DNA of 64,000 nt from Nannocystis bainbridge (GCF_028368995.1 NZ_JAQNDL010000001.1:640001-704000), one strand, 5' to 3'. Counted from the first letter of the stretch, positions 20,101 to 30,029 are shown. The notes: a model not told the origin generated them from the sequence alone. Numbers and translations are program-made.

Positions 20101-21263
20101 GTCGCGCAGATGTCCAAGAAGCCATCCAGCAGGTCGGCGTAGGCGTCGGGGTCCATCACCTCGGCCAGCGCCAGCGCCTCGACCAGCGAGCACGAAAGCA
20201 GCGTCACCTGGCGCCGCTCGCTGGCGCGGCGCGGGCGTTCGACCGGCTCCTCGCCCGCGCGCCCCGGCCGCGCCAGCGCCAGCTCGAGCCCGACCAGCGC
20301 GTCGAGCAGCTCCTCCGCCGTGCCGAACCGGCGCGCCACGTCCTTGGCCAGCGCGCGCGCGGCCACCGTCTCGGCCAGCGCCGGCAGCTCGGGCCGAAAC
20401 GCCCGCAGCGCCGGCGCGGCCGCCTCGGACAGCACGTTCGCGCGCACCTCCGACAGGTGGTCGCGCCAGAACGGCGAGTGCCCGCACAGCATCTCGAACA
20501 GCATCACGCCGACCGACCACAGGTCCGTGCGCCCGTCCTGGTCCTCGCCGCGCCACTGCTCGGGCGACATGTAGCGCGGCGTGCCCGACAGCGGCGAGGT
20601 CTGCGTATCGGCGCGCCCGGCCGCGACCGACGCCAGCCCGAAATCGACGATCTTGGCCCGCCCGTCGCGGGTCACGAACACGTTGGCCGGCTTGAGGTCG
20701 CGGTGCACGATGTCGGCCCGGTGCGCGTGCGACAGCCCGCGCACGATGTCGATCACCAGCTGGACCACGCGACGGGCCTCGAGCGGGCCCTCGGCCAGCA
20801 CCGCGTCGAGCGGCCGACCCTCGAGGTACTCCATCACCAAAAACGGCACCCCGACGGCGCTGCCGAGGTCGAACACGCGGACGATGTTCTCGTGGCTGAG
20901 GCGGGCGCTGGCCCTGGCCTCGGTGCGGAAGCGATCGACGATCTCGCGGCTCGAATCGTCGGTCGGCGCCTGCAGGATGAACTTGATCGCCACCGCGCGG
21001 TCGAGCAGCGTGTCGCGGGCCAGATACACCACACCCATCCCGCCGGCCCCGAGCCGCTCGAGCAATTCGAAGCGCTGCCCGTCCTCGCCGCCGATCCGGT
21101 CGCCCTTCTTCGCCAGCGGCATGAACCCCGGCCGCTCGCCGGCGCCGTGCAGGACCGTCGTCTCCTCCGCGTCCGACAGCAGCGCCGCCCGATCGCTCCA
21201 CCGCGTCACCGTCTGCCCGAGCAGCGTCCCTTCCAGACCCGACGGCGCGAGGGTGTCTTTCAC
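17112..21263 (-). CDS. Ser/Thr kinase + class III cyclase-like domain + STAND/AAA ATPase + TPR protein
   Basis: LGAGGMGVVY, HRDLKPAN, DFG; AHEDDAERA; GEAGLGKS and VVEDLHW; C-terminal TPRs. GTG start with GGAG RBS. Confidence 0.92.
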   Translation of the reverse strand: MKDTLAPSGLEGTLLGQTVTRWSDRAALLSDAEETTVLHGAGERPGFMPLAKKGDRIGGEDGQRFELLERLGAGGMGVVYLARDTLLDRAVAIKFILQAPTDDSSREIVDRFRTEARASARLSHENIVRVFDLGSAVGVPFLVMEYLEGRPLDAVLAEGPLEARRVVQLVIDIVRGLSHAHRADIVHRDLKPANVFVTRDGRAKIVDFGLASVAAGRADTQTSPLSGTPRYMSPEQWRGEDQDGRTDLWSVGVMLFEMLCGHSPFWRDHLSEVRANVLSEAAAPALRAFRPELPALAETVAARALAKDVARRFGTAEELLDALVGLELALARPGRAGEEPVERPRRASERRQVTLLSCSLVEALALAEVMDPDAYADLLDGFLDICATVARQLEGTMVAAHGGHALVCFGWPAAHEDDAERALRAGFLVVDSVRGLASAGGATLAARIGICSGSVVADKREHEAAPRLLGELPHVATWLEGQAAPHEILLSGRARALVRGTIEVEARGERRPPGGGRTIEVLRALRPSRTVSRFDRAGGELTPLVGREAEVDALRGLWAQVREGRGQFVLLSGEAGLGKSRLVQTLRAYTAGEAHQRLVCQCWPHFRNSALHPLLEATMRAMDIEPEATASDRLARVEAALADLRVPLAEHVPLFAAVLAIPLDGRYAAPQLSPDLLKNRVQEALIRTVLALAAQRPTLLVVEDLHWSDQSTLELLELLVARMTEAPLMVVATSRPEFAPNWPARPHLHRLALRRLSPHQTAAMVALAARGQALPEELVAQLVARADGIPLFVEEVTQTAAEVWQREGQASAVRRASSALAAIPATLQELLLARLDRLQEAGREVAQLGAVLGRDFPYALLRHASDRDEETLRTGLMQLVEAGIVRVEGSEQAARYVFRHALVQEAALSSLLRPRRQYLHGQATRAILGQFPELAELQPELLAHHFVEAGDHERAIEWLEKAGQKAVQRSANTDAVSHYAQAIALLRARPEGDPRDRKELALQLALGAPLMATRGYAAPEVHDTYARARELCRRAGDDAQLFPSVLGLWQFYMVGGAAEISANLGRQLVAQAETTDNRTMLMLAYRALGTSQMLLGEIAGCRELTEKGLALYDIREHGKLALRYGQDPGVTNGLYLAWVLWFLGHPDQAVARAREALRLAQEIEHPLSIAFAMNYLATLHNYRGEFATARDLADRAEKVATEHKLQLWLAMCQIQRGWSQLGSGEREAGASELAEGVAGWTRTGAKAGISFFQAAAIWGLWRAGRHDEAMRKVDEVEEFMRRSGERFFEAEVLRLRGELLLSTGMTSGTRTAEDCFRRGLEVARRQQARAWELRLALSQARLLVLRGSPGEARELVAGAYEWFKEGLETADLREARALLGQLG

Positions 21264-21601
21264 AGCTCCGCTTCTAACACGAGGGTGCAGCCTCGCGGCC
21301 CGCACGTTCGGCGTGGGGGTCCAGGGCCGCACGGCGCGGCGGGGCGGAACCGCCCCCGGTGGCCGCTTGCGGCCGCTATCGACGATTGCCGCGGCGCTTG
21401 TCCTATCAATCACCCGCGATTCCAGGAATGCGCGGATCGCCCGGACGAATCGTCGTTCCCGGTCGCGGATCGCCCGGTCGAGTTCGCCCGGCCCGGGCCC
21501 GCGCCGCCCGACGGGCGGTCTGCGAGCGGCCTCTGCAGCCTCACGGCGCCGATGCGGGCCCCGGGTTGCCGCCGAGGCGCCTCGCGCTATCAGGACCGGT
21601 C

Positions 21602-22258
21602 ATGTCTGCACCCGTCGTCACCCCGCAGCTCACCCAGCAGTCGCCGATCAAGCTGCTCACCACGAAGAGCTATTACGCGCCGGAGCTCCGGCCGCTCGAG
21701 TTCAAATACACCGAGGTCCCCGGCACGCTGGCGGGCGAGGAGTTCGTGCTCGACCACGGCGGCCCCGCCTGTCACGTCGTGTTCGACGGCATGAAGTGCC
21801 CGCTGCGCAAGCTCCACTTCCACGCGCCGAGCGAGCACCGCATCGACGGCGTCATCTCCGAGCTCGAGCTGCACCTCGTGCACGAGATCCTCGAGTACCC
21901 CGACGCCTATCCGTCGGCGTACCTGATCGTCGGCGTGATGCTGTCGCTCGCGCCCGCCAAGGCCGGCCCGGCCCAGCCGCTCGGGCCGTGGCTGCGCGGT
22001 CACTTCGACGCCCGCGCCGGCGGTCGCCAGGAGCACCGCGTCGACCCGACGATCTACCTGCCGCAGGACCGCGCCTACTTCCGCTACGAGGGCTCGCGGA
22101 CCACCGGCGAGCACGAGGAGGTGGTGACGTGGACCCTGCTGCGCGACCCCATGCAGGTGAAGGGGCCGGCGCCGCTGCTGCTCGACCCCGAGACCGATCG
22201 CCTGGTCCAGCCGCTGATGCGCCGCTACGTGCTCCGCAACTTCGCCCTCATCGCCTGA
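21602..22258 (+). CDS. Alpha-class carbonic anhydrase
   Basis: QSPI, LHFHAPSEH, ELHLVH, YFRYEGSRTT, VTW and R..QPL motifs. Confidence 0.85.
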   Translation: MSAPVVTPQLTQQSPIKLLTTKSYYAPELRPLEFKYTEVPGTLAGEEFVLDHGGPACHVVFDGMKCPLRKLHFHAPSEHRIDGVISELELHLVHEILEYPDAYPSAYLIVGVMLSLAPAKAGPAQPLGPWLRGHFDARAGGRQEHRVDPTIYLPQDRAYFRYEGSRTTGEHEEVVTWTLLRDPMQVKGPAPLLLDPETDRLVQPLMRRYVLRNFALIA

Positions 22259-22286
22259 GCCGGCTTTCTGCTACACGGGGGCGGAC

Positions 22287-23444
22287 ATGAACGCCTATCC
22301 CTGGCTCCCGACCCTCGACGCCCTGGTCCTCCGCAAGGAGGACGCCACCGGCGGGTTGGTCGCGTCGGCCAAGGCGGACGGCACGCCGACGATCACCGTC
22401 AGCGTCACGCCGACGCGCGGGCGCCCGCGCAAGAAGGCCTACCCGACCCTCGACAAGGCCCTCTGCGCCGCCCTGGCCGACGGCTTCGTCGCCACCGTCG
22501 CCGCCACCGGCGCCCTGTTGCTGCACACCGAGGTCGGCGCGACCATGGGCTCGCGCTTCGTCGTCGACGAATCGCATCACTGCGCCTGGCTCGGCGACTG
22601 GGGTCAATTGCGGCGGGTCGACCTGCGCGACGGTCGGGTGATTTCGTTCGCGCTCGGCGATCACCCGGCGGTGCGCGGGCTCGTCGGCGACGGCGCCGGC
22701 GGGGTGTGGGCACTTGTCGACGAGGACACCGCGCCGCCGAGCGAGGGCTTTCGCGCGCCGGCGCCCGAGCTGCTGCGCTTCGCCGTCCTCCACTGCGACG
22801 GCGCAAACGTCGAAAGGCGCCACCGCATCGAGACCTCGCGCAGCGAACCACGGCCGCTGTGCCTGAGCCTCGGGCGCGCCGACGACGGGTCGCTTCTGAT
22901 CCCCCACCCCGGCGGCTTCGCCCTCGTCGACCCGGCCGGCGCCCTCGTGCGCGCCTGGGCCGTCGGCGCGACCAAATACTGGGGCCCGCGCGCGGCCCTG
23001 TCGCCCAGCGGCCGGCGCCTCGCCTACACCGCCGGCAGCGGCCGCCTCGCCCTCGTCGACCTCGACGCTGACGACGAGGTCGTGCTCGACGTCGAGATGG
23101 AAGACGCCATGGCCCTGGTCGCGTACGACGACGGCGTCGTCGACGTCTCGACCGGCACCCCGAACTGGGACTTCCAGCGCTTCGATCGCCGCGGCCGCAT
23201 CGCCCACGTCGGCCTCCGCGCCGCCAGCTACGCCGTCAGCCCCGATCGCCAGTGGGCCTACTCGGGCGAAGGCCTGTGGACGGCCACGCATGTCCTCACC
23301 GGCGAGCAGCGCAGCGGCCAGGTCCTCGGCGCCACCCGGGCGCCAGGCCTGGCCGTCACCGCCGACCATCTCTACGTCCGCACCTCGCGGGGCGTGTTTC
23401 AGCGGTACCCCCGCGCGCTCGAGCGTGCCGACGAGCCGGCCTGA
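22287..23444 (+). CDS. Hypothetical beta-propeller-like protein
   Basis: 385-aa ORF with coding bias; ALSPSGRRLAY and AVSPDRQWAY blade-like motifs. Confidence 0.7.
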   Translation: MNAYPWLPTLDALVLRKEDATGGLVASAKADGTPTITVSVTPTRGRPRKKAYPTLDKALCAALADGFVATVAATGALLLHTEVGATMGSRFVVDESHHCAWLGDWGQLRRVDLRDGRVISFALGDHPAVRGLVGDGAGGVWALVDEDTAPPSEGFRAPAPELLRFAVLHCDGANVERRHRIETSRSEPRPLCLSLGRADDGSLLIPHPGGFALVDPAGALVRAWAVGATKYWGPRAALSPSGRRLAYTAGSGRLALVDLDADDEVVLDVEMEDAMALVAYDDGVVDVSTGTPNWDFQRFDRRGRIAHVGLRAASYAVSPDRQWAYSGEGLWTATHVLTGEQRSGQVLGATRAPGLAVTADHLYVRTSRGVFQRYPRALERADEPA

Positions 23445-23551
23445 TCTCGCAAGCCCGCAGCGCGCCCGGTGTCCCCAAGGACGACACCGGCCCGCGCGCG
23501 TCGCTCCGCGACTCCCGCGGATTCACGCGAATCTCATGGAACTCGCGGCCA

Positions 23552-24517
23552 TCAGTCGCGGCTCGCCTTGACCCCGCGACGACGACGGACCGCGTGCCAG
23601 CCGACGAGCACGGCCAGCAGCGCCGCACCGAACGCGTCCGGTTCGCCGTCCAGCGCGCAGTCGCAGCCTTTGCCGCGGCAGATCGACCGCGACCAATTCG
23701 AGTCCACCGCGTCGAGGTGCGCCTCGCAGTCGCTCGCCAGCAGCGCCGCGATCGCGTCCTCCCTGGCGAGGTCCGGCACGTCGTCGCCGCAAGTCAGCTC
23801 GACCGTCCCGTCGTCGCGCAGGCCGAGCGGTCGATCGAGCCCGAACTCCTCCCCGCGCACCGCGATCAGCAGCTTCCCCTCGCCCGGCGCGGCGATATAG
23901 AGCGAGACCTCGTCCCCGACCGCCAGGCCCGTCTCGCCGTGCACCGCGTCGACCCGGACGGTGCTCTCGTCGCCGGGCCCGGCGCGGACGAACGTCGCCT
24001 CGATCACGCCGCTCGCGTCCTCGATCCCGTTGCAAAGGCAGTCCTGGGCCTTGGTCACGAAGCAGTATTCGGGCTGGATCCGCCCGGCCTCCGCCACCGA
24101 GAGGCCGTAATCGTCGAGCCAGCGCCGCAGCTCGGCGTCGCCCGCGAGCTCGTGGATCCGCGCCAGGTTGTGGCTCGCGGCCACCCGCGCGACCAGGGCC
24201 GCGTGGCCCGTCGACTCGATCAGGTGGGCCATCGCGCAGCGCGTGGCGTGGCGATCGACGAACACCGGCACGCGCCGGCCGGGCACGACATGGTTGTGCG
24301 GGAACCGCCCCGCCGCGGCGTAGCGCTCGAGCTCGGCGACGAGGCGCGCCCGCGCCGACCGCTGCGCGTCGCTGAGGCGCGAGACATCGCGCGCGCGCAG
24401 CTCGGCCGTCACCGCGCGGAAGTGGGCCCGCAGCCGCTTGCGCTCGCTCGCATGAGCGACGACGGCGCGAGGCGGACGGACAGACGGACGGGACGACGAC
24501 ATCGGTAATGTAAGCAT
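23552..24517 (-). CDS. Conserved hypothetical protein with MYXO-CTERM-like tail
   Basis: Strong AGGAGG RBS; GRFPHNH..PVFVDRHATRCAMAHLI motif; C-terminal GCDC + TM + RRRR. Confidence 0.75.
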   Translation of the reverse strand: MLTLPMSSSRPSVRPPRAVVAHASERKRLRAHFRAVTAELRARDVSRLSDAQRSARARLVAELERYAAAGRFPHNHVVPGRRVPVFVDRHATRCAMAHLIESTGHAALVARVAASHNLARIHELAGDAELRRWLDDYGLSVAEAGRIQPEYCFVTKAQDCLCNGIEDASGVIEATFVRAGPGDESTVRVDAVHGETGLAVGDEVSLYIAAPGEGKLLIAVRGEEFGLDRPLGLRDDGTVELTCGDDVPDLAREDAIAALLASDCEAHLDAVDSNWSRSICRGKGCDCALDGEPDAFGAALLAVLVGWHAVRRRRGVKASRD

Positions 24518-24982
24518 GGGAGAAGCTCCTCCTCGCATCCTATACGATCCCCGGCCCGCGCGCGCGGAGACCTGCCTGTCCGCCGGCCCACTCGACGCCG
24601 TATGCGCGCCGCCCCGAGCCTGCAATACGGTGTTCCTGGCGCGCGTATGGCGAACATTACGATCCATGAACCCGCGACGCCGGCTGTATCCGGGGCCCCG
24701 TAACATTTCTGTCGCTCACGGCCCACGCCGCGAGCGCCATGGCACCAGGGCGCTGGTGTCGTGGAAGAGGTCACCGGCTCGGCGAATCGCCGAGCGACGG
24801 CGCAGCGGTTCGCATGGCCGCTGGAGCGCCTGGAGGCCGGTGCGAGGAATGCCGCGACTCTGATGATGGCGCAGAGGTTCGCCGAACGACGGCGCTGTAG
24901 TTCGCATGGCCCCTGATGGCGCGGAGGCCCGCAGGCTCCGCGCTTCGCGGCATTGCTGCACAGCGAGGCGCGACTGGGGGGG

Positions 24983-26473
24983 TTACTTCTTCTTGGCGGG
25001 CGCCTTCTTGGCCGCGGGTTTCCTGGTCGAGCCGGCCACCGCCGCCTGTTTCGCTGCCGCCTTCTTCGCCGGAGCGGTGCTGGCCGCCTTCTTCGCCGGA
25101 GCGGCGCTCGCTGCCTTCTTCGCCACACTCTTCTTCGCGGACGCGCTGGTCTTTCTCGCCGCGGCGCTCGCCGCGATGTTCTTCGTCGATTTCTTCACCG
25201 AATCAGCGCTCACCGCATTGTTCTTCTTCGTCGATTTCTTCACCGAACCCGCACTCACCGCATTGGTCGTCTTCGCCGAATCCGCACTCGCCTTCGCCGC
25301 CTTCGCCCCCGAATCAACGCTCGCCCCCGAATCAGCTCTCTTCTTCGCCGCCGCCTTCTTCGCCGAACCAGCGCTTCCATCTCGCGTCTCCCCCACGGCC
25401 GCGCCAGCCTCCTCCGTCCCCCCGTGCGACGGCCTTTCCGCGCGCCCAGGTGACGCCTTCGCCGTGCTCGCTGCCGGCACGCGGATCACCTGCAACACCG
25501 TCCCGCCGGCCTGCCCGAGCACGCACACCTCGCCTGCCACCAGCCCCTCGCCCATGTGCAGCCCGTGGCGATTCGGCAGCTCGGCGCGGAGCGACCCGTC
25601 GGCCAGCGCGAAGGCGGCCAGCGCTCCCCCGGACTTGTTCGGCGTCAGCGTCACCACCGCGTCGGTCGTCACCAGCGGCGGCGCGAACGACTGCGACGCC
25701 ACCCGTCGGGCACGCCAGCGCAGCGCCCCGGTCGCCAGGTCGAGCAGCGCCAGGTCGCCGAGCCGCGGCTCGAGCACCGCCACCGCGTCCGCGCTCGCGT
25801 GGACCTGCACCAGGCTCCGCGCCTCCGCCCCCTTGAACGTGAACTGCCACAGGGGCGCCCCGTCCTCCGGCCGCAGCCGCGCCAGCTTGCCGCCGAGATG
25901 GGTCGCCAGCAGCGCGGACCTCGACGCCGTCACCACATGGTCGGTCGTCCACATCAACCTGCCCTTTCGGTCATGCGCTCGCGTCCGGAAATCGAGCGAG
26001 CACAAAAACCCGCCGGCGATCGCCGTCAGCCCCGTGGCGAGCCCGCCCTCCGCCACGGTCTCGAACCTCCCGCTCGCCGCGTCGGCCAGCACCAGCCGAT
26101 TGGTCGCCCCGAGCCGCTCCGAGGCCGTCAAGAACCCGAACACCCCGTCGCAATACGCCGCCTCCGCCGCATCCTCGGGCGCGGCCACCCGGCGGACCTC
26201 GCGGCCGCTGGCCGGGTCGAGGAACACCAGCGCGAGCGCGTACGGCGGGTCGAGCCGGCTGGTCAGGACGACCGGGTGCCCCTCGAAGACGCCGACCAGC
26301 CGGCTCCCGTCCTCGACCTCGACGTCCCACAGTCGATCGCCCGCCAGCGACGCCGCCGCGAACCGAAAATCATCGCTCGACCAGTAGATCGCGCCGGCGT
26401 CGAGGTAGCGCGGGGTATGCAGCGCCGAGGTCAGTTTGGCGACGGATTGGAGGCCCGACGATTGCTTCGACAT
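24983..26473 (-). CDS. PQQ-like beta-propeller protein with histone-H1-like Lys/Ala-rich tail
   Basis: LDLATGALRW/DGAPLW blades; C-terminal PAKKAA repeats. Confidence 0.8.
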   Translation of the reverse strand: MSKQSSGLQSVAKLTSALHTPRYLDAGAIYWSSDDFRFAAASLAGDRLWDVEVEDGSRLVGVFEGHPVVLTSRLDPPYALALVFLDPASGREVRRVAAPEDAAEAAYCDGVFGFLTASERLGATNRLVLADAASGRFETVAEGGLATGLTAIAGGFLCSLDFRTRAHDRKGRLMWTTDHVVTASRSALLATHLGGKLARLRPEDGAPLWQFTFKGAEARSLVQVHASADAVAVLEPRLGDLALLDLATGALRWRARRVASQSFAPPLVTTDAVVTLTPNKSGGALAAFALADGSLRAELPNRHGLHMGEGLVAGEVCVLGQAGGTVLQVIRVPAASTAKASPGRAERPSHGGTEEAGAAVGETRDGSAGSAKKAAAKKRADSGASVDSGAKAAKASADSAKTTNAVSAGSVKKSTKKNNAVSADSVKKSTKNIAASAAARKTSASAKKSVAKKAASAAPAKKAASTAPAKKAAAKQAAVAGSTRKPAAKKAPAKKK

Positions 26474-26638
26474 CGAGCCTCCAACATATCACGCGCCCCT
26501 CGTGCGAATCGAACCGAGGGCGCCGTGACGTTCCGCGTCGGGCCGAACCTCAGGAGGCCCCGCGCGCTTGCATCCGACGATCGCTCCCGGGAGCGCAGTA
26601 GCGCCGACCTGCACCCGATCGCGTGATAGATTCCGCCG

Positions 26639-28018
26639 ATGCAACGGCACCTCGCACCTCTGCTCCGGCTCGGACTCGTCGCCGCTCTCGGCGGCTGCAA
26701 CTCAGGCACGGAGACCACCGCGAACAGCGGCACCCTGACCGAAGGCGCCGCGACCGACGGCGCGAGCGACGGTTCGACGCAGGGGTCCCCGACCAACGGC
26801 AGCACCGACGCGCCGGCGACCGAGAGCGCGACGGCCAGCGAGACCGACACCACCGCCTCGGCGACCACCAGCACCGGCGAGGTCCCCACCTCCGGCGAGC
26901 TCACCACCGACGGCACCACCACGACCGACGGCACCACGACCACCGACGGCACCACCACCGACGGCACCACCACCGACGCGAGCACCACCTCCGCCGTCAG
27001 CGACAGCGACAGCACCACCACCGCCGGCACCACGACCGACGGCACCACCACGACCGGCGACGACACCACGACCGGCACCACCGGCGACGACCCGGGCGAC
27101 GTCCCCGCGTTCGTCGCCGAGTGCGACGACGACCCGGCCAACCCCGTGATCGTGACCGTCTCGGCCAACGTCTCCGCGCGCTTCCCGACGATCGTCGCCG
27201 GCCTCGCCGCTGCCAGCGACGGCTCGGTGATCGAGGTCTGCCCGGGCACCTACAGCGACAAGATCGAGGTGACCCTCGAAGTCACCCTGCGCGGCGCCGG
27301 CGCGAACAAGACGATCATCGACGGCGGCGGGTTCCACTTCAACCTCGGCGCCGGCGATGCGATCGTGGAGGGCTTCGGCTTCACCAACTGCAACGCCAAG
27401 GTCCCGAACGGCTGGAACATCCCCACCAGCGGCGCGATCAGCATGAGCGACACCTACGGCGCGCAGGAGAGCCTGACCGTCCGCGGCTGCCGCTTCTTCG
27501 ACAACAACGCCGCCTACGGCGCCGCGATGCACATCTCGGGCTCGAACAACGGCGGCAAGAACCCGGACGTCTACATCGAGGACTCGCTGTTCGAGCACAA
27601 CACCGCCACCGGCGAGGGCGGCGCGATCGCCAGCTACGGGCGCGTCCACATCACCGATTCGACCTTCGTCGAGAACACGGCCGCGACCGGCGGGGCGCTC
27701 GCGCTGTCGTACGGCTGCACCAGCGCCGGCGCCTGCGACATCACGGGCACGGTGATCAAGAAGAACCACGCCACGGGCGCCAGCCAGTACGAGGGCGGCG
27801 GCGGGATCTTCCTCGACGACTGCGGCCTGAACTGCCTCAGCGGCCTGACCGTGGTCGACTCCGACCTCGGCTTCGGCGCCGCCGAGGAGAACACCAACTA
27901 TCAAGACCTGCCGGAGGACGTGCTGATCAACGACGGCGCCGCCCCGTGGAACCGCTACGGCTGGTACTACAACGCCGTCTCGTTCGTGTGCGCGAACGGT
28001 AGCTGCGCGATGCCGTGA
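26639..28018 (+). CDS. Lipoprotein with Thr-rich stalk and right-handed beta-helix domain
   Basis: Lipobox LGGC; (TTTDG)n; IEVCPGTY; FxxN..GGAI repeats. Confidence 0.85.
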   Translation: MQRHLAPLLRLGLVAALGGCNSGTETTANSGTLTEGAATDGASDGSTQGSPTNGSTDAPATESATASETDTTASATTSTGEVPTSGELTTDGTTTTDGTTTTDGTTTDGTTTDASTTSAVSDSDSTTTAGTTTDGTTTTGDDTTTGTTGDDPGDVPAFVAECDDDPANPVIVTVSANVSARFPTIVAGLAAASDGSVIEVCPGTYSDKIEVTLEVTLRGAGANKTIIDGGGFHFNLGAGDAIVEGFGFTNCNAKVPNGWNIPTSGAISMSDTYGAQESLTVRGCRFFDNNAAYGAAMHISGSNNGGKNPDVYIEDSLFEHNTATGEGGAIASYGRVHITDSTFVENTAATGGALALSYGCTSAGACDITGTVIKKNHATGASQYEGGGGIFLDDCGLNCLSGLTVVDSDLGFGAAEENTNYQDLPEDVLINDGAAPWNRYGWYYNAVSFVCANGSCAMP

Positions 28019-28110
28019 ACCCGGCGGCGCGCCCCCGCTGCAGCGCCTCTGCGGCCGCGGGCGCGCGGCTTCGACTTGACAGCGCTCGCGGCTGCCACAA
28101 ACAACCGGGC

Positions 28111-29295
28111 GTGACCGTCCGGTTCCCGTTTCAGCAGTGGATCACGCCGCGCCAACCGCCGGAGGTCGAGCGGCTGTTGAAGTCGGCGGCGGCGCAAGAC
28201 CACGTCGTCTCGCTGGCCGGCGGTTTGCCGGCCGACGACCTGTTCCCGCGGGCCGCTCTGGCCGAGGCGCTCGAGTCGGTCATGCGCGAGCACGGCCGCG
28301 AAGCGCTGCAGTACCAGTGGAGCGAGGGCTACGGGCCGCTGCGCGAGCAGGTCGTGGCGCTGCTGCGCGGCCGCGGCGTCGAGGTCGGCCAGGACGAGCT
28401 CCTGATCACCAGCGGCGCCCAGCAGGCGCTCGACCTGCTGGCGCGGCTTCTGCTGCGCCCGGGCGACCTGCTCGGCATCGAGTCCCCGACCTACGTCGCC
28501 GCCATCGAGGTGTTCGGGCTGCAGCGGCCGCGCATGGTCCCGCTCGCGCGCGGCGAGCACGGGCTCGACCTCGAGGCCGTGCGCGCCCTGGTGCGCGGCG
28601 AGAACCAGAGCCTGCTGTACCTCGCGCCCGCCGGCCACAACCCGAGCGGCTCGTCGCTGAGCGCCGGGGCCTGCGAAGAGCTCGTCGAGCTCAGCCGTGC
28701 GCACGACGCCTTCATCATCGAGGACGACGCCTACGGACGGATCCAGTTCGACGGCCCGCGCCCGCCGCTGCGCAGCTTCCCCGGCGCCGAGGAGCGCGTG
28801 ATCCTCGTCGGCACCTTCTCCAAGATGCTCACGCCCGGGCTGCGGGTCGGCTGGCTCGTCGCGCCGGCGGCCGTCACCGCCCAGCTCATGCTGCTCAAGG
28901 GCATCGCCGATCTGCAGACCAACACCCTCGGGCAGATGGCGCTGGCGAGCTACCTCGACCGCCATGACCTGGACGCCCACGTCGACCGTTGCCTGCCCCG
29001 CTACCGCGAGCGGCGCGACGCCCTGCTGCAGTCGCTCGCGGCCCACATGCCCGCCGGCGTGCAGTGGACCCGGCCGACCTGCGGCTTCTCGGTGTGGGTG
29101 ACCCTGCCCGCCGAGCTGGCCGCCGATTCGCTGCTGGCCCGCGCCGTCGACGATGGCGTGGCGTTCGAGCCCGGCGCCGCGTTCTTCCCGGTCGAAGCGC
29201 CGCGCAACCACCTGCGCCTGTCGTTCTCGAATCAGACCCCCGAGCGCATCGCCGAGGCCGTGGCCCGGCTCGGCGCCTCGCTGCGCGCCTCGTAG
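28111..29295 (+). CDS. PLP-dependent class I aminotransferase (LysN/Aro8-like)
   Basis: SLAGGLP, SGAQQALDL, IIEDDAY, GTFSKMLTPGLRVGW, LRLSFS. Confidence 0.92.
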   Translation: MTVRFPFQQWITPRQPPEVERLLKSAAAQDHVVSLAGGLPADDLFPRAALAEALESVMREHGREALQYQWSEGYGPLREQVVALLRGRGVEVGQDELLITSGAQQALDLLARLLLRPGDLLGIESPTYVAAIEVFGLQRPRMVPLARGEHGLDLEAVRALVRGENQSLLYLAPAGHNPSGSSLSAGACEELVELSRAHDAFIIEDDAYGRIQFDGPRPPLRSFPGAEERVILVGTFSKMLTPGLRVGWLVAPAAVTAQLMLLKGIADLQTNTLGQMALASYLDRHDLDAHVDRCLPRYRERRDALLQSLAAHMPAGVQWTRPTCGFSVWVTLPAELAADSLLARAVDDGVAFEPGAAFFPVEAPRNHLRLSFSNQTPERIAEAVARLGASLRAS

Positions 29296-29773
29296 CGGCC
29301 CTCGAAACGACGTCGCTACGCCCATGAGAGAGCTGCTGTTCGGCGCGCCACCGGACGCAGGCTCCTTCTCCGTCGACGACGACGCCCGCTCCATCACGCG
29401 GCCTCGTGGACCCTCGCCGGTGAGGGTCGTTTCGACCGTTACGGCGCCGACATGAGCTGACCGGCCGCCGCCCCATGAATGCGCGCATCGTTCATTCACG
29501 GCCTCGTGTATGCCGCGACATGCGTCAGAAATGTGCTGACGTGGATCTACGGTTCGCGCCACCCAGGGGGGACGCGGCCCCGCGACGGACCCTTTTGCCC
29601 CCACCCGCCGCTGCGACACGCCATCCTTATAGAAGGATGACGCCCATCCGTCTCCGATCGCGCGCCGGTGATCGCACGCCGGGCGACCGGCCCGCGGTCC
29701 GCCCGCGGTGAAAACCCAACAGCACCCTCGCACACGGCGATTCGCGCTATTTAAGCGAATCCCGACGCCGCCG

Positions 29774-29815
29774 CTATGACCAATCGTTCATGCCCCGAAT
29801 GACATGTCCTTCCCG
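29774..29815. repeat. Degenerate 14-bp-period CATG array upstream of the giant operon
   Basis: ctatgaccaatcgt/tcatgccccgaatg/acatgtccttcccg. Confidence 0.55.
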
Positions 29816-30029
29816 CCACGAATGGCCTGTCGGCGCGGAACGGCGCCGCCGCGGAACGGCGAGAGATCTCCGGCGCGCGGATCCGCGGTGTGCACAATCA
29901 TCCGCGAATCGGGCCTTGGCCTGCGGGCCGGTCGGTTAATGTTCGAATCGGCGATCGTTATCGACCTGCGGACCCGCGATTCGCTCGCCAGCGAGCCGAT
30001 CGTCGCCCATGCAGTACGCGGATTCCCTA

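Noticed and set aside
28076-28104. TTGACA upstream of the aminotransferase as a promoter
   Set aside because: No acceptable -10 box at the correct spacing.
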